Of a stretch of 64,000 nucleotides of DNA, positions 19,724 to 28,615 are shown piece by piece. Under the pieces are notes generated by a model. That model was not told where the DNA came from, ran no database searches, and was given only the letters and a program-made list of their open reading frames with translations. Source of the DNA: Oscillospiraceae bacterium (GTDB lineage Bacteria; Bacillota; Clostridia; Oscillospirales; Oscillospiraceae); contig JAFZOI010000017.1 of assembly GCA_017550645.1 (NCBI GenBank), positions 1,073-65,072 of the forward strand, written 5' to 3'. The first letter of the stretch is position 1; each line of letters opens with the position of its first letter. The translations under genes and the position numbers were made by a program.

Positions 19724-21346
19724 ATGAAAGACAGACTGGACGGCCTGACCTTCAAGGATATGATCATGGCCGCATATGTTCGCATAAACGACAGCCAGCA
19801 GACCATAAACGAACTCAACGTTTTCCCCGTGCCCGACGGCGATACGGGCACGAACATGACCCTAACGATGCTCAACGCCAGAAAAGAGCTCTCCTCCCGC
19901 ACGCCCAAGACTCTCGGCGAGGCCTGCGACGTGACGGCCTCCGCCCTGCTCCGCGGAGCGAGGGGCAATTCCGGCGTCATCCTCTCGCTTCTCTTCCGCG
20001 GCTTCGCCCGCGCGATGAAGGAAAAGAGATCGGCGGACGCGGCCGAGGTCGCGGCGGCCCTCGGCGAGGGCGTCGCGGCGGCCTACAAGGCGGTCATGAA
20101 GCCCACGGAGGGCACGATACTTACGGTATCCCGGCTCGCGGCGGCGGCCGCGGCTCAGGCGGCGGAAGGCGGCGCTGACGTCGAGGGTTCCATCGCGGGG
20201 GCTCTTGAGGCGGCCCGCGCGGCTCTTGAAAAGACAGTCGAGCAAAACCCCGTCCTGAAAAAAGCCGGCGTCGTCGACGCCGGAGGCAAGGGATACGTCA
20301 TCATCCTCGAAGCCATGCTCGCCGTCGCCAGAGGCGAAGAGGTCGCCGCAGCCGAGACGGTCGAGGTGCGCGAAAAGGCCGAGTTCTCGGAATTCGAGAC
20401 CGAGGACATCAAATTTGCCTACTGCACGGAGTTCATCGTCGCCCGCGAGACGGATAAGGACCCCGCCCTGCTGCGCTCCTTCCTCTCCACCCTCGGCGAC
20501 AGCATAGTCGTCGTCGACGACGACGAGATAATCAAGGTCCACGTCCACAACAACTGCCCCGGCGTCGTCCTCACGGAGGCGCTGACTTACGGCAGCCTGC
20601 AGACGGTCAAGATCGAGAATATGCGCAATCAGCACACGGAGCTGACCTCCCGCGGCGAAGAGGCTCCGCAGGCTCCCGCCGAGCCGAGCAAGCCGCTCGG
20701 CGTCATCGCGGTATGCGCCGGCGACGGGCTGGAGAGCATCTTCCGCGATCTCGGAGCGGACGGCATCGTCTCCGGCGGGCAGACCATGAATCCCAGCACC
20801 GAGGACCTCGTCCGCGCGGTCGACCTCGTACCCGCGGAGACGGTCATCATCCTCCCCAACAACAAGAACATCATCCTCGCCGCCAACCAGTGCGACGCCA
20901 TAACGGACAAAAAGGTCATCGTCGTCCCGACGACGACCGTCCCGCAGGGCATCAGCGCCATGCTCGGCTACGACGCCGAGGGCGAGCCCGAGGAGGTCGC
21001 GGCGGCGATGGAAGAAACGGGCGGCGCCGTGCATACCTTCTCCGTCACATACGCCGCGCGCGACAGCGAGTTCGACGGCCTGACCATGAAGGAGGGCGAC
21101 TACCTCGCCCTGCTCGAGGGCAAGCTCCTCGTCAGCGGCAGCGATTTCGACGCTATCGTCCCCGAGATAGCCGCTTCCATAGCGGGCTTCGATCCCGCCT
21201 GCGTAACGGTGTACTACGGCTCCGACGCCTCCGAGGCGGACGCGGACGCGCTCGCGGCGAAGCTCGCTGAGGCTGTTCCCGACGCCGAGGTGCAGGTCCT
21301 CTCCGGCGGACAGCCCGTCTACTACTATGTAATAAGCGCCGAATAA
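19724..21346 (+). CDS. yloV: DAK2 domain-containing protein (YloV-like)
   Basis: 540 aa. N-terminal Dak2 motif (VFPVPDGDTGTNM), YloV-like C-terminal domain, and the conserved asp23-yloV gene pair. Confidence 0.88.
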   Translation: MKDRLDGLTFKDMIMAAYVRINDSQQTINELNVFPVPDGDTGTNMTLTMLNARKELSSRTPKTLGEACDVTASALLRGARGNSGVILSLLFRGFARAMKEKRSADAAEVAAALGEGVAAAYKAVMKPTEGTILTVSRLAAAAAAQAAEGGADVEGSIAGALEAARAALEKTVEQNPVLKKAGVVDAGGKGYVIILEAMLAVARGEEVAAAETVEVREKAEFSEFETEDIKFAYCTEFIVARETDKDPALLRSFLSTLGDSIVVVDDDEIIKVHVHNNCPGVVLTEALTYGSLQTVKIENMRNQHTELTSRGEEAPQAPAEPSKPLGVIAVCAGDGLESIFRDLGADGIVSGGQTMNPSTEDLVRAVDLVPAETVIILPNNKNIILAANQCDAITDKKVIVVPTTTVPQGISAMLGYDAEGEPEEVAAAMEETGGAVHTFSVTYAARDSEFDGLTMKEGDYLALLEGKLLVSGSDFDAIVPEIAASIAGFDPACVTVYYGSDASEADADALAAKLAEAVPDAEVQVLSGGQPVYYYVISAE

Positions 21347-21360
21347 GGGTTTTTCCGGGC

Positions 21361-21398
21361 GGCAGGCCTCGCGTTTTTTCGCGCGGCCTGCCCTTTTT
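21361..21398 (+). terminator. rho-independent terminator after yloV
   Basis: ggcaggcc..ggcctgcc stem with an inner cgcg/cgcg extension, followed by ctttttat. Confidence 0.7.
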
Positions 21399-21493
21399 AT
21401 AACATTATTTACATAATTTTTCTCAAAACCGTTTCATTTCACCGCGCTGATGTGTTATAATCATAAAAAGCTCTGATCTTTCGGAGGTGGACC

Positions 21494-22114
21494 ATGTCAA
21501 CGCTGACTATTCTGGGTATAGTGTTCCTCGTCCTGGCCGCGCTGGCGCTCGCGATAGGTATCCTTATGCTCATCGGAGGCAGGCGCAGGTCTGAGATCAT
21601 CGAATCGAAGCCCGCGGAAGAGGCCGCAAAGTGGGAGCTCGATCCCTCTTCCATCCGTCCCGAGCCCAAGCCCATATCCGAATTTGAGACTTTCGTGCCC
21701 GAGGACGAGTTCGCGCCCTTCACCGAGGCCGTCAAGACCGCCGACGACTGGTATGCTCAGGGCTGCGGCGAGCTGCGCGGAGGCGACGAGGTCGCCGCTG
21801 CTTCCAGCTTCCTGCGGGCGGCTGAGCTCGGTCACGCCCGCGCGCAGACCATCTACGCGATACAGTCCCTGCGCGGCAAGGGCGTTGCTCAGGACTATGA
21901 AAGCGGCCGCCGCTGGCTCGAAAAGGCCGCGCGGCAGGGCAACGTCGACGCTATCTACAATCTCGGCATCTGCTATATGTACGGACGCGGCGTCGAGGAG
22001 GATCTCGTCTCGGCGCGCAAGCTGCTCGTCTACGCACGCGGCAGAGGCATTGAGGAGGCCGGCAGGCTCATCGATCAGATCGATTCCGGCGTCCGATCCG
22101 ACCCGATCTTTTAG
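21494..22114 (+). CDS. Sel1-repeat (TPR-like) membrane-anchored protein
   Basis: 206 aa. N-terminal TM, then 3-4 Sel1 repeats (AAELGHARAQ..., AARQGNVDAIYNLGICYMYGRGVEED). Confidence 0.8.
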   Translation: MSTLTILGIVFLVLAALALAIGILMLIGGRRRSEIIESKPAEEAAKWELDPSSIRPEPKPISEFETFVPEDEFAPFTEAVKTADDWYAQGCGELRGGDEVAAASSFLRAAELGHARAQTIYAIQSLRGKGVAQDYESGRRWLEKAARQGNVDAIYNLGICYMYGRGVEEDLVSARKLLVYARGRGIEEAGRLIDQIDSGVRSDPIF

Positions 22115-22117
22115 GAG

Positions 22118-22684
22118 GTGCGGACAATGAGAAGATCATCTCTTACTCCTGCCGACAGAAGGCATTTCGCCGCCATCCTCTTTATCGGAGCGGCCGTCTT
22201 CCTGCTTATAGCGCTGCTCTTTTTCCGGGCGGGCGCGATGAACTCCGACGAACAGGAGCCCGCTCCGTCCAAGTCTCCCTCGTCGTCCGTCTCGACTCCC
22301 TCTCCGGACGTGACGCCTTCTCCGGACGTCACGGACGAGCCCGGCGTCACCGAGCCGCCCGAGACGACGGATACGCCGGAATCCCCCGAGCCCAGCGAGA
22401 CGCTCCCCACCCCGTCGCCGACGCCCGAGGTCGATCTGTACGAGAGGCTGGACTTCCGTCCCTCGACGATGTTTAACGAGCCGGAGACCTACGTCGTCAG
22501 CTCTCCCGACGGCGAGCTGAACGTCCGCTCCGGGCCGAGCACGGCGTACGAAAAGCTCGGACAGCTCTATACTGGCACTCCCGTTCAGGTCCATACCATA
22601 GAAAACGGCTGGGCGCTAGTCATGTTCGAGGAACGCTATGCGTGGTGCAGCGCGAACTATCTGGTCGCTGCGGGCGGAGAATAA
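22118..22684 (+). CDS. SH3b domain-containing membrane-anchored protein
   Basis: 188 aa. TM, Pro/Thr/Ser/Glu linker with a TPSPDVT duplication, and a C-terminal SH3_3-like domain (GELNVRSGPSTAYEKLGQLYTGTPVQV...GWALV). Confidence 0.72.
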   Translation: MRTMRRSSLTPADRRHFAAILFIGAAVFLLIALLFFRAGAMNSDEQEPAPSKSPSSSVSTPSPDVTPSPDVTDEPGVTEPPETTDTPESPEPSETLPTPSPTPEVDLYERLDFRPSTMFNEPETYVVSSPDGELNVRSGPSTAYEKLGQLYTGTPVQVHTIENGWALVMFEERYAWCSANYLVAAGGE

Positions 22685-22697
22685 TCGATACATAGTC

Positions 22698-22734
22698 AAA
22701 GCCGGTCGGGCAAAACGCCCGACCGGCTTTTTTT
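22698..22734. terminator. bidirectional terminator
   Basis: 11-bp stem gccggtcgggc / gcccgaccggc flanked by an A-run and a T-run. Confidence 0.8.
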
Positions 22735-22741
22735 GTTGTGT

Positions 22742-23005
22742 TTATATGAGCTCTATCCCCGCATTTTCCTCGGCGGAGTCCAGAAATACCTGCATAAGCG
22801 AGACGGCGTATCTTCCGAGCTGTCCGAGCGCCCACGGCCACTCGAGCCTTATCCTGCACGGTGGAAGGTCCGTCAGGCAGTCGTGCAGCGCGTCGAGATT
22901 CCGGCCGTAGTATTCGGGAAATCCGAAGACCTCCGCGAGGTGGTCATGCGCCTCGGCTCTGGACGTCATCTTGCGGCAGTCTATCACGAATTCTTTTACT
23001 TCCAT
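22742..23005 (-). CDS. barstar family ribonuclease inhibitor
   Basis: 87 aa. FGFPEYYGRNLDALHDCLTDL is the barstar helix-2 barnase-binding motif. Overlaps the barnase gene by 10 nt. Confidence 0.88.
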   Translation of the reverse strand: MEVKEFVIDCRKMTSRAEAHDHLAEVFGFPEYYGRNLDALHDCLTDLPPCRIRLEWPWALGQLGRYAVSLMQVFLDSAEENAGIELI

Positions 23006-23646
23006 TCGATCTTCCCCTCCTCCGTCACGACGAGCTCGGTAAAGCTCTCATAATGGTCGTCGGTATAGTAAAACAGGCCGTCGTTTGAGAATATCAGGCG
23101 CTCAGCGCCGCGGCTGTTTTTCCCGTTCGTGTCGATGTCGCACTCTGTCCACGTCCGGCCTCTTGCCTTCGGGAGCTGCTCCTCATAGTTGCCGAAGCGG
23201 TCGCCTCCGATGGCGGAGCCCGCCTTGAACTTTTCGGGCGTGCCGCCCTCCCAACCGAGCTTGCGGGCCTCGTCCTTGGTTATGTAGTTCGGCGGGAGCT
23301 TGCCGAACTCGGATATATAAAGCGCTACGCTCTCGACGTCGTAGTAATACCCGTCTTCGTCGAGCTTCGGGCCGGCTTCGGGAGTGGGCTCGGGAGTGGG
23401 CTCCGGAGTCGGATCGGGCGCGGAGGTCGGCTCGGCCGAAGGCTCTGCCGTCGGCGCCTCATACGAGCCCGGCGTTTCGCTCTGAGGCGGCGCGGTCTGC
23501 TCCGGCGCGGGAGCGTCGGTCTGCGTGTCGATGATGTTTATATCTATGTCCGGGATGTCCGGCGGCGGCGCCGATCCGCAGGCGGCCAGCGATAAGAGCA
23601 GAGCGACCGCAAGAAGCAGCGCGCCGAGCTTCAGATTTTTTTTCAT
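22996..23646 (-). CDS. secreted/lipoprotein-anchored barnase-family (N1/T1-type) ribonuclease
   Basis: 216 aa. Lipobox LSLAACG, Pro/Thr/Glu linker, and a C-terminal domain collinear with B. amyloliquefaciens barnase (LPPNYITKDEARKLGW...GGDRFGNYEEQLP...RTWTECDI...RLIFSNDGLFYYTDDHYESF). Confidence 0.9.
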   Translation of the reverse strand: MKKNLKLGALLLAVALLLSLAACGSAPPPDIPDIDINIIDTQTDAPAPEQTAPPQSETPGSYEAPTAEPSAEPTSAPDPTPEPTPEPTPEAGPKLDEDGYYYDVESVALYISEFGKLPPNYITKDEARKLGWEGGTPEKFKAGSAIGGDRFGNYEEQLPKARGRTWTECDIDTNGKNSRGAERLIFSNDGLFYYTDDHYESFTELVVTEEGKIEWK

Positions 23647-23683
23647 GGCGTTCCTCTTTTCGTATAAATGCGTTTGCCGCCTC

Positions 23684-24370
23684 TTATTCGGGCAGGCCGC
23701 GGGCGACTATGATCGTTCCCGCCGAGTACATTATCTCAAGGCAGTAGCCGTTCAGCTCGCCCTCGTACTGGAGTATTCCGAGGCTCGACGGCAGAGAAAG
23801 CCCTCCGTAGCCGGCGGCATCCGCCAGACGCACGAGCTCCTCGAAATCCTCTGTCGTGCGGTCATTCAGAAACAGGTTGTACCCGTCCGACATGACGCGG
23901 ACGAAATCGCCCTCGCGGAGCCCGTCCGGCAGCAGGAAATCGTATTCGTGCGGCAGCTCATAGATGATGATATCGGTTTCGTCCGGCTCGTAGCTCAGGT
24001 CTATCTGAATGTTCTGCAGACCGGCGAGGAGGCTCGAAAGGTCGCCCTCCTGACTGTCTACCCAGTCGCTCAGCTCGCCCGGAGTCATGATCTCCGGCGT
24101 CTTCTCGGGAGACGCCGGCTGCTCCGGCGCGGCGGTCTCGACGGGCGGCAAGGTCGGCTCCGGCGTCGCGGGAACGGGGGTCTCGAGCGGAGCGGTCTCC
24201 GGGGGCGCCGTCGGAGCGGGAGCTTCCGTCGAATCTGGAGCTTCCGTCGGGGCGGCAGACGTTTCCGGCGCGGATGTCGGAGCTGCAGTGACGGACGCCC
24301 CGCAGGCGGCCAGCGATAAGATCAGAGCGACTGCAAGAAGCAGCGCGGTGATTATATAAAAGCGTTTCAT
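23684..24370 (-). CDS. hypothetical lipoprotein (shares signal-peptide/linker module with the barnase gene)
   Basis: 228 aa. Lipobox LSLAACG, Ala/Pro/Thr/Glu linker, and a C-terminal domain of about 130 aa that I do not recognise. Confidence 0.65.
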   Translation of the reverse strand: MKRFYIITALLLAVALILSLAACGASVTAAPTSAPETSAAPTEAPDSTEAPAPTAPPETAPLETPVPATPEPTLPPVETAAPEQPASPEKTPEIMTPGELSDWVDSQEGDLSSLLAGLQNIQIDLSYEPDETDIIIYELPHEYDFLLPDGLREGDFVRVMSDGYNLFLNDRTTEDFEELVRLADAAGYGGLSLPSSLGILQYEGELNGYCLEIMYSAGTIIVARGLPE

Positions 24371-24459
24371 AATGCCCTCTTTTTGATCCGATCAGTCTAT
24401 CTTATACTTAACGGAGCAATTATAGCATATCCCGTCGCAAAATGATATATCGCAAAAGC

Positions 24460-24487
24460 GAAAACCCTGTCGTTTGACAGGGTTTTC
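24460..24487 (-). terminator. hairpin terminator downstream of 24523-26325
   Basis: 12-bp stem gaaaaccctgtc / gacagggttttc with a 4-nt loop and a short U tract on the minus strand. Confidence 0.6.
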
Positions 24488-24522
24488 GGTCGGTCAAAGC
24501 TGAGTTTTATGCGTCTGAGCGG

Positions 24523-26325
24523 TCACTTTCCGGCCTTCGTCAGCGTCGCGCCGGTTATCTTCTTGAGGAAGAACGGGACCTTGGACTGGTTTTTGATGGG
24601 CACGGGAGCGGCCATTCCGCCGTAGCTCCCTATGCTGTAAAGGCCGACGGTCTGGCCCTGCAGCGGGCCTGCGACGAGGATGGCGAGGCGGTTGGCGTCG
24701 AAGATGGGGATAAGGCCGCCGGGACGGCAGTCGTCCTCGGTGAGGCCGGGTATCCTGCCGCTCTTGGCGAGCTCGAGGACGCTCGCCTGCAGGGCTTCGC
24801 CGAGCTCGTCCCAAGCAAATCTGTTGTGGTGCGCGATATAAAGGGCGAGCTTCTCTCTCGTCCAACCCATGGAGGCCAGCTCGCGGGCGAGGCCCGGATA
24901 GAGGACGAGGATATAGTTTCGGTGGCTTATGAGCGGGAGGGCGTTCTGCCTCGCCTCGTTGGCGCCGAGCTTATGGATATCATGAACGGCGCGGGCGGCG
25001 TTTTCAAGGTTGGACGGGAGCTCGCCGACGGCTCTGTCGGCTATCCTCTTGAGGTCCTTCTCGATGCCGTCGGTCCACGCGCAGGACGGCAGATACTCAA
25101 TTTCGAACGGCCAGTTGCCGTCTACCTGCAGTATCTCGTCTATCATGACGGTGCTGTCATCGGGCGCGTAGCCCATCGTGACGTGGAACGGCTCCCAGGG
25201 GGTGAGGTCTTCGCTCTCGGTGAAGGTGAGGTTGCAGTATCTGGAGGGGTTGCCCTTCATGCCGCCGTCGACGGAGAAGTCCATATGGCCGAGGTTTATG
25301 CAGCAGAGACTGACGGCGCGGCCTATGGTGCTGTTGGCGCGGTTGCCGGGGCCGAGGTAGCCGAAGCCGGAGTTCATGCCTATCTCCTTGGCTATCGGGC
25401 CGTTGACCTCTATCATCAGGTTAGTCGAGCACACCGTCGCGATGACGTGGAACGCGCCGAAGTGCTGGTCGCAGAGCATCTCGACCGTCGTGATGATGAC
25501 GGGCAGATACTCGGGCTTCGCGCCAGCCATGACGGCGTTGACGGCGATCTTTTCTACCGTCACGAGGCCGTAGCCGGGGGTCATGTTGCCCTCGATGACC
25601 TCGGCGGGGTCGCGGCTCGTCCCGGCGAGCATCTTCTTGACGGCCTCGGGCGTCGGCGGCGCGACGGCCATGCCGTCGGTGTAGCCGTGCTCGAAGAAAT
25701 ACTCCTGAAACTTCTCGAACGCCTCCTGATAGTCCGCGCCCTCGAAGGCGAGATCGCTGAAATCGGCCTCTTCGCGCTTCGGATCCGTCTCCTCCTCCGT
25801 CAGCGGGGCGGTCAGCGCCTTCTCGATGTCCTCGACGCTGTCCTCTGCGAGCTTTCTGAAGAGCTCGGGCTCGTTCTCGCCGGGCCATCTCTCGCTCGGG
25901 ACCTTATACATCCTCAGGCCTGGCAGGCCGAATACCTTTGTGTTGCGCTTGGTCTGGCCGTAGAGGTTGTCGCCCATGCAGAGGTGCAGGCCGGGGATGC
26001 CGCCCTTTTCGAAGGTGATGGCGGGCTCGGTATTGAAGGCGGCGGTGTTGCGCACGCCGTAGACGAACGTGTCGTAGCCCTTGAGCTGGCCGAGCGTTAT
26101 CATCGGGTTGAAGACGATGCCCTGAATGATGTCGACGGTCGATGTCGGGTGGCGCTCCTGCAGTATCTTCTGCAGCTCGAGCAGATACTGGCAGCCGTCG
26201 GGCTTCTCGGAGACTATGGCGATGCGGATGCCGTCGAGCGTCGCGGGGCGCGGCTCCGTCAGGCCCTGAGGCTCCTGTATCATCTGAGCGTTGCGCGGAT
26301 TTACGACTTTAAGAACGAATGCCAT
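24523..26325 (-). CDS. conserved hypothetical protein (600 aa)
   Basis: Monocistronic ORF with its own promoter and terminator and balanced composition. Carries a TDGMAVAPPT motif followed by VNAVMAGAKPEYLPV. I cannot assign a family by eye. Confidence 0.7.
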   Translation of the reverse strand: MAFVLKVVNPRNAQMIQEPQGLTEPRPATLDGIRIAIVSEKPDGCQYLLELQKILQERHPTSTVDIIQGIVFNPMITLGQLKGYDTFVYGVRNTAAFNTEPAITFEKGGIPGLHLCMGDNLYGQTKRNTKVFGLPGLRMYKVPSERWPGENEPELFRKLAEDSVEDIEKALTAPLTEEETDPKREEADFSDLAFEGADYQEAFEKFQEYFFEHGYTDGMAVAPPTPEAVKKMLAGTSRDPAEVIEGNMTPGYGLVTVEKIAVNAVMAGAKPEYLPVIITTVEMLCDQHFGAFHVIATVCSTNLMIEVNGPIAKEIGMNSGFGYLGPGNRANSTIGRAVSLCCINLGHMDFSVDGGMKGNPSRYCNLTFTESEDLTPWEPFHVTMGYAPDDSTVMIDEILQVDGNWPFEIEYLPSCAWTDGIEKDLKRIADRAVGELPSNLENAARAVHDIHKLGANEARQNALPLISHRNYILVLYPGLARELASMGWTREKLALYIAHHNRFAWDELGEALQASVLELAKSGRIPGLTEDDCRPGGLIPIFDANRLAILVAGPLQGQTVGLYSIGSYGGMAAPVPIKNQSKVPFFLKKITGATLTKAGK

Positions 26326-26358
26326 AAGCGGACTCCTCTCTATGTGCGTTTTTGTTTT

Positions 26359-26387
26359 ATTATACCTCGCGCGAGGTCCGTATGCAA
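26359..26387 (-). promoter_or_regulatory. promoter TTGCAT-17-TATAAT
   Basis: Minus strand: TTGCAT (26387-26382), 17-nt spacer, TATAAT (26364-26359). GAGAGGAG SD before the ATG at 26325. Confidence 0.55.
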
Positions 26388-26390
26388 CAG

Positions 26391-26416
26391 AAAAGGACGG
26401 GCCAAACGGCCCGTCC
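26391..26416 (-). terminator. rho-independent terminator after small membrane protein gene
   Basis: Stem ggacgggcc / ggcccgtcc with a 4-nt loop, followed on the minus strand by ttttctgtt. Confidence 0.7.
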
Positions 26417-26446
26417 CATGCTGTCGATTTTGAAATACGCCGGCGC

Positions 26447-26755
26447 TTATTCGTCGGTCTTCGCCGCGGCGGCCGCTTCCCTGTCGAGGCGCAGATTGCG
26501 AAACCACACGAGGATGCCGAGGGTCACGATGACGGCGTTGAGGATATAGAAAAACCAGACGTACCCCGGCGTCGCTACGCCGCGGGAGAGCTTTATTATC
26601 TTGCTCGTTATGCCGAAGAGATACCCTATCAGGATCAGGAAATAAAACTGCACGCTGATGCCCTTCGTCGTGCGCGCCTTCCACGCCTTAATGATGTTCA
26701 GCGGCCACGAAACGCCGAAGCAGACTATCATGAGAAGCTCGAAAATATCGGCCAT
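26447..26755 (-). CDS. small 3-TM membrane protein, PQ-loop/SemiSWEET-like (uncertain)
   Basis: 102 aa with three hydrophobic helices. The segment SWPLNIIKAWKARTTKGIS resembles a PQ-loop. Confidence 0.55.
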   Translation of the reverse strand: MADIFELLMIVCFGVSWPLNIIKAWKARTTKGISVQFYFLILIGYLFGITSKIIKLSRGVATPGYVWFFYILNAVIVTLGILVWFRNLRLDREAAAAAKTDE

Positions 26756-26781
26756 AAGAAACTCTCCTTCCGGAACTCGGT

Positions 26782-27585
26782 CTATTTATTCAGAAACGCC
26801 CTCACGCGGCGGATATAGTCGTCCTCAAATTCGAGGGTCAGCAGATGCCCGCCGGGAAACTCGGCGTACTCCGCGCTGGGCAGGCCTGCGGCTATCTCTC
26901 TGCCGAAGGCGGGCGGGTTTATGCGGTCGTACGTGCCTGCGACGACGAGCGCCGGGCAGGATACCCTCGCCATGTCCGGGCGGAGGTCGAAGCCGACGAG
27001 CGCGGCGTTCACGGCGGCGGTCTCCTCCGGCGTCAGGGCGACGGCGTTCTCCCCTGTCGTCTTCGTGCGCGGAGAGAGCTCGGCGAGCTTTTCCGGCGTA
27101 ATTCCGGGCGACCAGAGGGCCTTTTGCAGGACGCGGGACTTCTCCGCCGGGCTCGAGGTCGTCATGTCGAGCCCCTCCTCCCTGAGAAGGCGCTGGACGG
27201 ACGATCCGCTGCCGTCGTCGTAGGCCTTCGCCGTCACGAGGACGAGGCGGTCGATCTTCGACGGGTCGAGCTCCGCCGCCTGCAGCGCGACGTAAGAGCC
27301 CATCGAAGCGCCGAGGACGGAGGCCTTTTCATAGCCGAGGACGTCTATCAGCGCTAGCAGGTCGCGCCCGTGGTCGGCAAGCGTGTAGGCCGCGGGATGG
27401 TCGGTCTGCCCGTGGCCGCGGCAGTCGTAGGTCACGACGAAGAATTCGTCCGAGAGGCGCTTCGCCGCGTCGAACATATTCATGCGCTGGCCCGTCAGCC
27501 CGTGGACGAGAAAGAGCGGCCTGTTATTCAGGCTACCGAAGGTATCGAACGCGAAGCGTATCCCGTTGGCGCGAACGTACGGCAT
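26782..27585 (-). CDS. alpha/beta hydrolase
   Basis: Start at MPYVRANGIRFAF (ATG 27585, AGGAGGA SD). HG oxyanion motif (LVHGLTG) and nucleophile elbow GASMGS. Confidence 0.85.
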   Translation of the reverse strand: MPYVRANGIRFAFDTFGSLNNRPLFLVHGLTGQRMNMFDAAKRLSDEFFVVTYDCRGHGQTDHPAAYTLADHGRDLLALIDVLGYEKASVLGASMGSYVALQAAELDPSKIDRLVLVTAKAYDDGSGSSVQRLLREEGLDMTTSSPAEKSRVLQKALWSPGITPEKLAELSPRTKTTGENAVALTPEETAAVNAALVGFDLRPDMARVSCPALVVAGTYDRINPPAFGREIAAGLPSAEYAEFPGGHLLTLEFEDDYIRRVRAFLNK

Positions 27586-27695
27586 GGAATCGTCCTCCTT
27601 TTTCGGTGAGGAAATTATAATACCCCGGCCGGGAAATGTCAAAAGGGCAAAAAGAGACCCGGAGGGCGTCCGGGTCTCAACGCGGCGACAGCCGC

Positions 27696-28469
27696 TCAGA
27701 GCATTTTGAGCTTCAGGGGCTTTCTCGGGACGATGCGCTTGTAGCTAACGGCCGGATAGCCCATGACCATGCACGTCACGGCATGGTGCCCCTCCGGCAG
27801 GTCGAGCAGGCGCCCGAGCTCCTCGCTGACGGCGGCGCATTCCCTGAAAAAGCCGCTGTATAGGACGCCGAGGCCCATGCTCTCGGCCGTCAGCTCCATA
27901 TATGAGCTCGCGAGGGCGGGGTTCACGTCGTCCGGGCCGGACACGACGATGACGAGCGGCGCGCCCTTGAAGAAAAAGTCGTCCGTCACCTCGACGCCTA
28001 TCTGCTTGAGGAAGGCCGCGGGACCCGCGGCGAGGGCGCTACCGTCGCGGAATATCTTGACGCAGATGGCCTCGATCTCCGCCTGTCTGCTCCCGAGGAT
28101 CGTGAAGGCGACGTTCTGGAAGTTGCCTCCGGTCGGGCTGTATCTGCCCGCCTCGAGTATCTTCATTATCTTTTCCTCTTCGACGGGCTGCTTCACAAAA
28201 CGGCGTATCGTCCTTCTGCTGCGCATGGCGGCGAGGAGCTTGTCCTCCCCCAGCGCGGCCACGGGGACGGCCGGCTCGTCTATGCAGTCGTAGCCCGACA
28301 TGCGGACGGCGCCCTGCGGACATATGGCGTAGCAGTGACCGCACTCGATGCACGCGGGCTTAATAAAGCGGGCCTTACCGTCTATGAGCTGCAGGCAGGC
28401 ATTGGGGCAGTCCTTGACGCAGGACGCGCAGCCGACGCATTTTTCTTCGTTTATGATTATCTGATCCAT
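27696..28469 (-). CDS. nitroreductase family protein with N-terminal 2x[4Fe-4S] ferredoxin domain
   Basis: 257 aa. CVGCASCVKDCP and CIECGHCYAICP motifs, then a nitroreductase fold (RRTIRRF, SPTGGNFQ). Confidence 0.85.
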   Translation of the reverse strand: MDQIIINEEKCVGCASCVKDCPNACLQLIDGKARFIKPACIECGHCYAICPQGAVRMSGYDCIDEPAVPVAALGEDKLLAAMRSRRTIRRFVKQPVEEEKIMKILEAGRYSPTGGNFQNVAFTILGSRQAEIEAICVKIFRDGSALAAGPAAFLKQIGVEVTDDFFFKGAPLVIVVSGPDDVNPALASSYMELTAESMGLGVLYSGFFRECAAVSEELGRLLDLPEGHHAVTCMVMGYPAVSYKRIVPRKPLKLKML

Positions 28470-28520
28470 GTCGTTCCTCCCGATCTATCTTGCGGAGCTC
28501 CGAGTACGACGTTTTTTCAT

Positions 28521-28549
28521 ATTTTACCATGCGGCGCGGCCCGAGGCAA
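28521..28549 (-). promoter_or_regulatory. promoter TTGCCT-17-TGgTAAAAT (shared motif, copy 1)
   Basis: Minus strand: TTGCCT (28549-28544), 17-nt GC-rich spacer, extended -10 TGGTAAAAT. 24/27 identical to the copy at 29600-29626. Confidence 0.45.
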
Positions 28550-28577
28550 GCATAACGCCGCGTTGCGCTTGAGGGCA

Positions 28578-28606
28578 TGAAAAGACCCCGCCTTTCGACG
28601 GGGTCT
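28578..28606 (-). terminator. rho-independent terminator after MBL-rubredoxin gene
   Basis: Stem agaccccg / cggggtct, followed on the minus strand by ttttc. Confidence 0.65.
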
Positions 28607-28615
28607 TTCGGTCTG

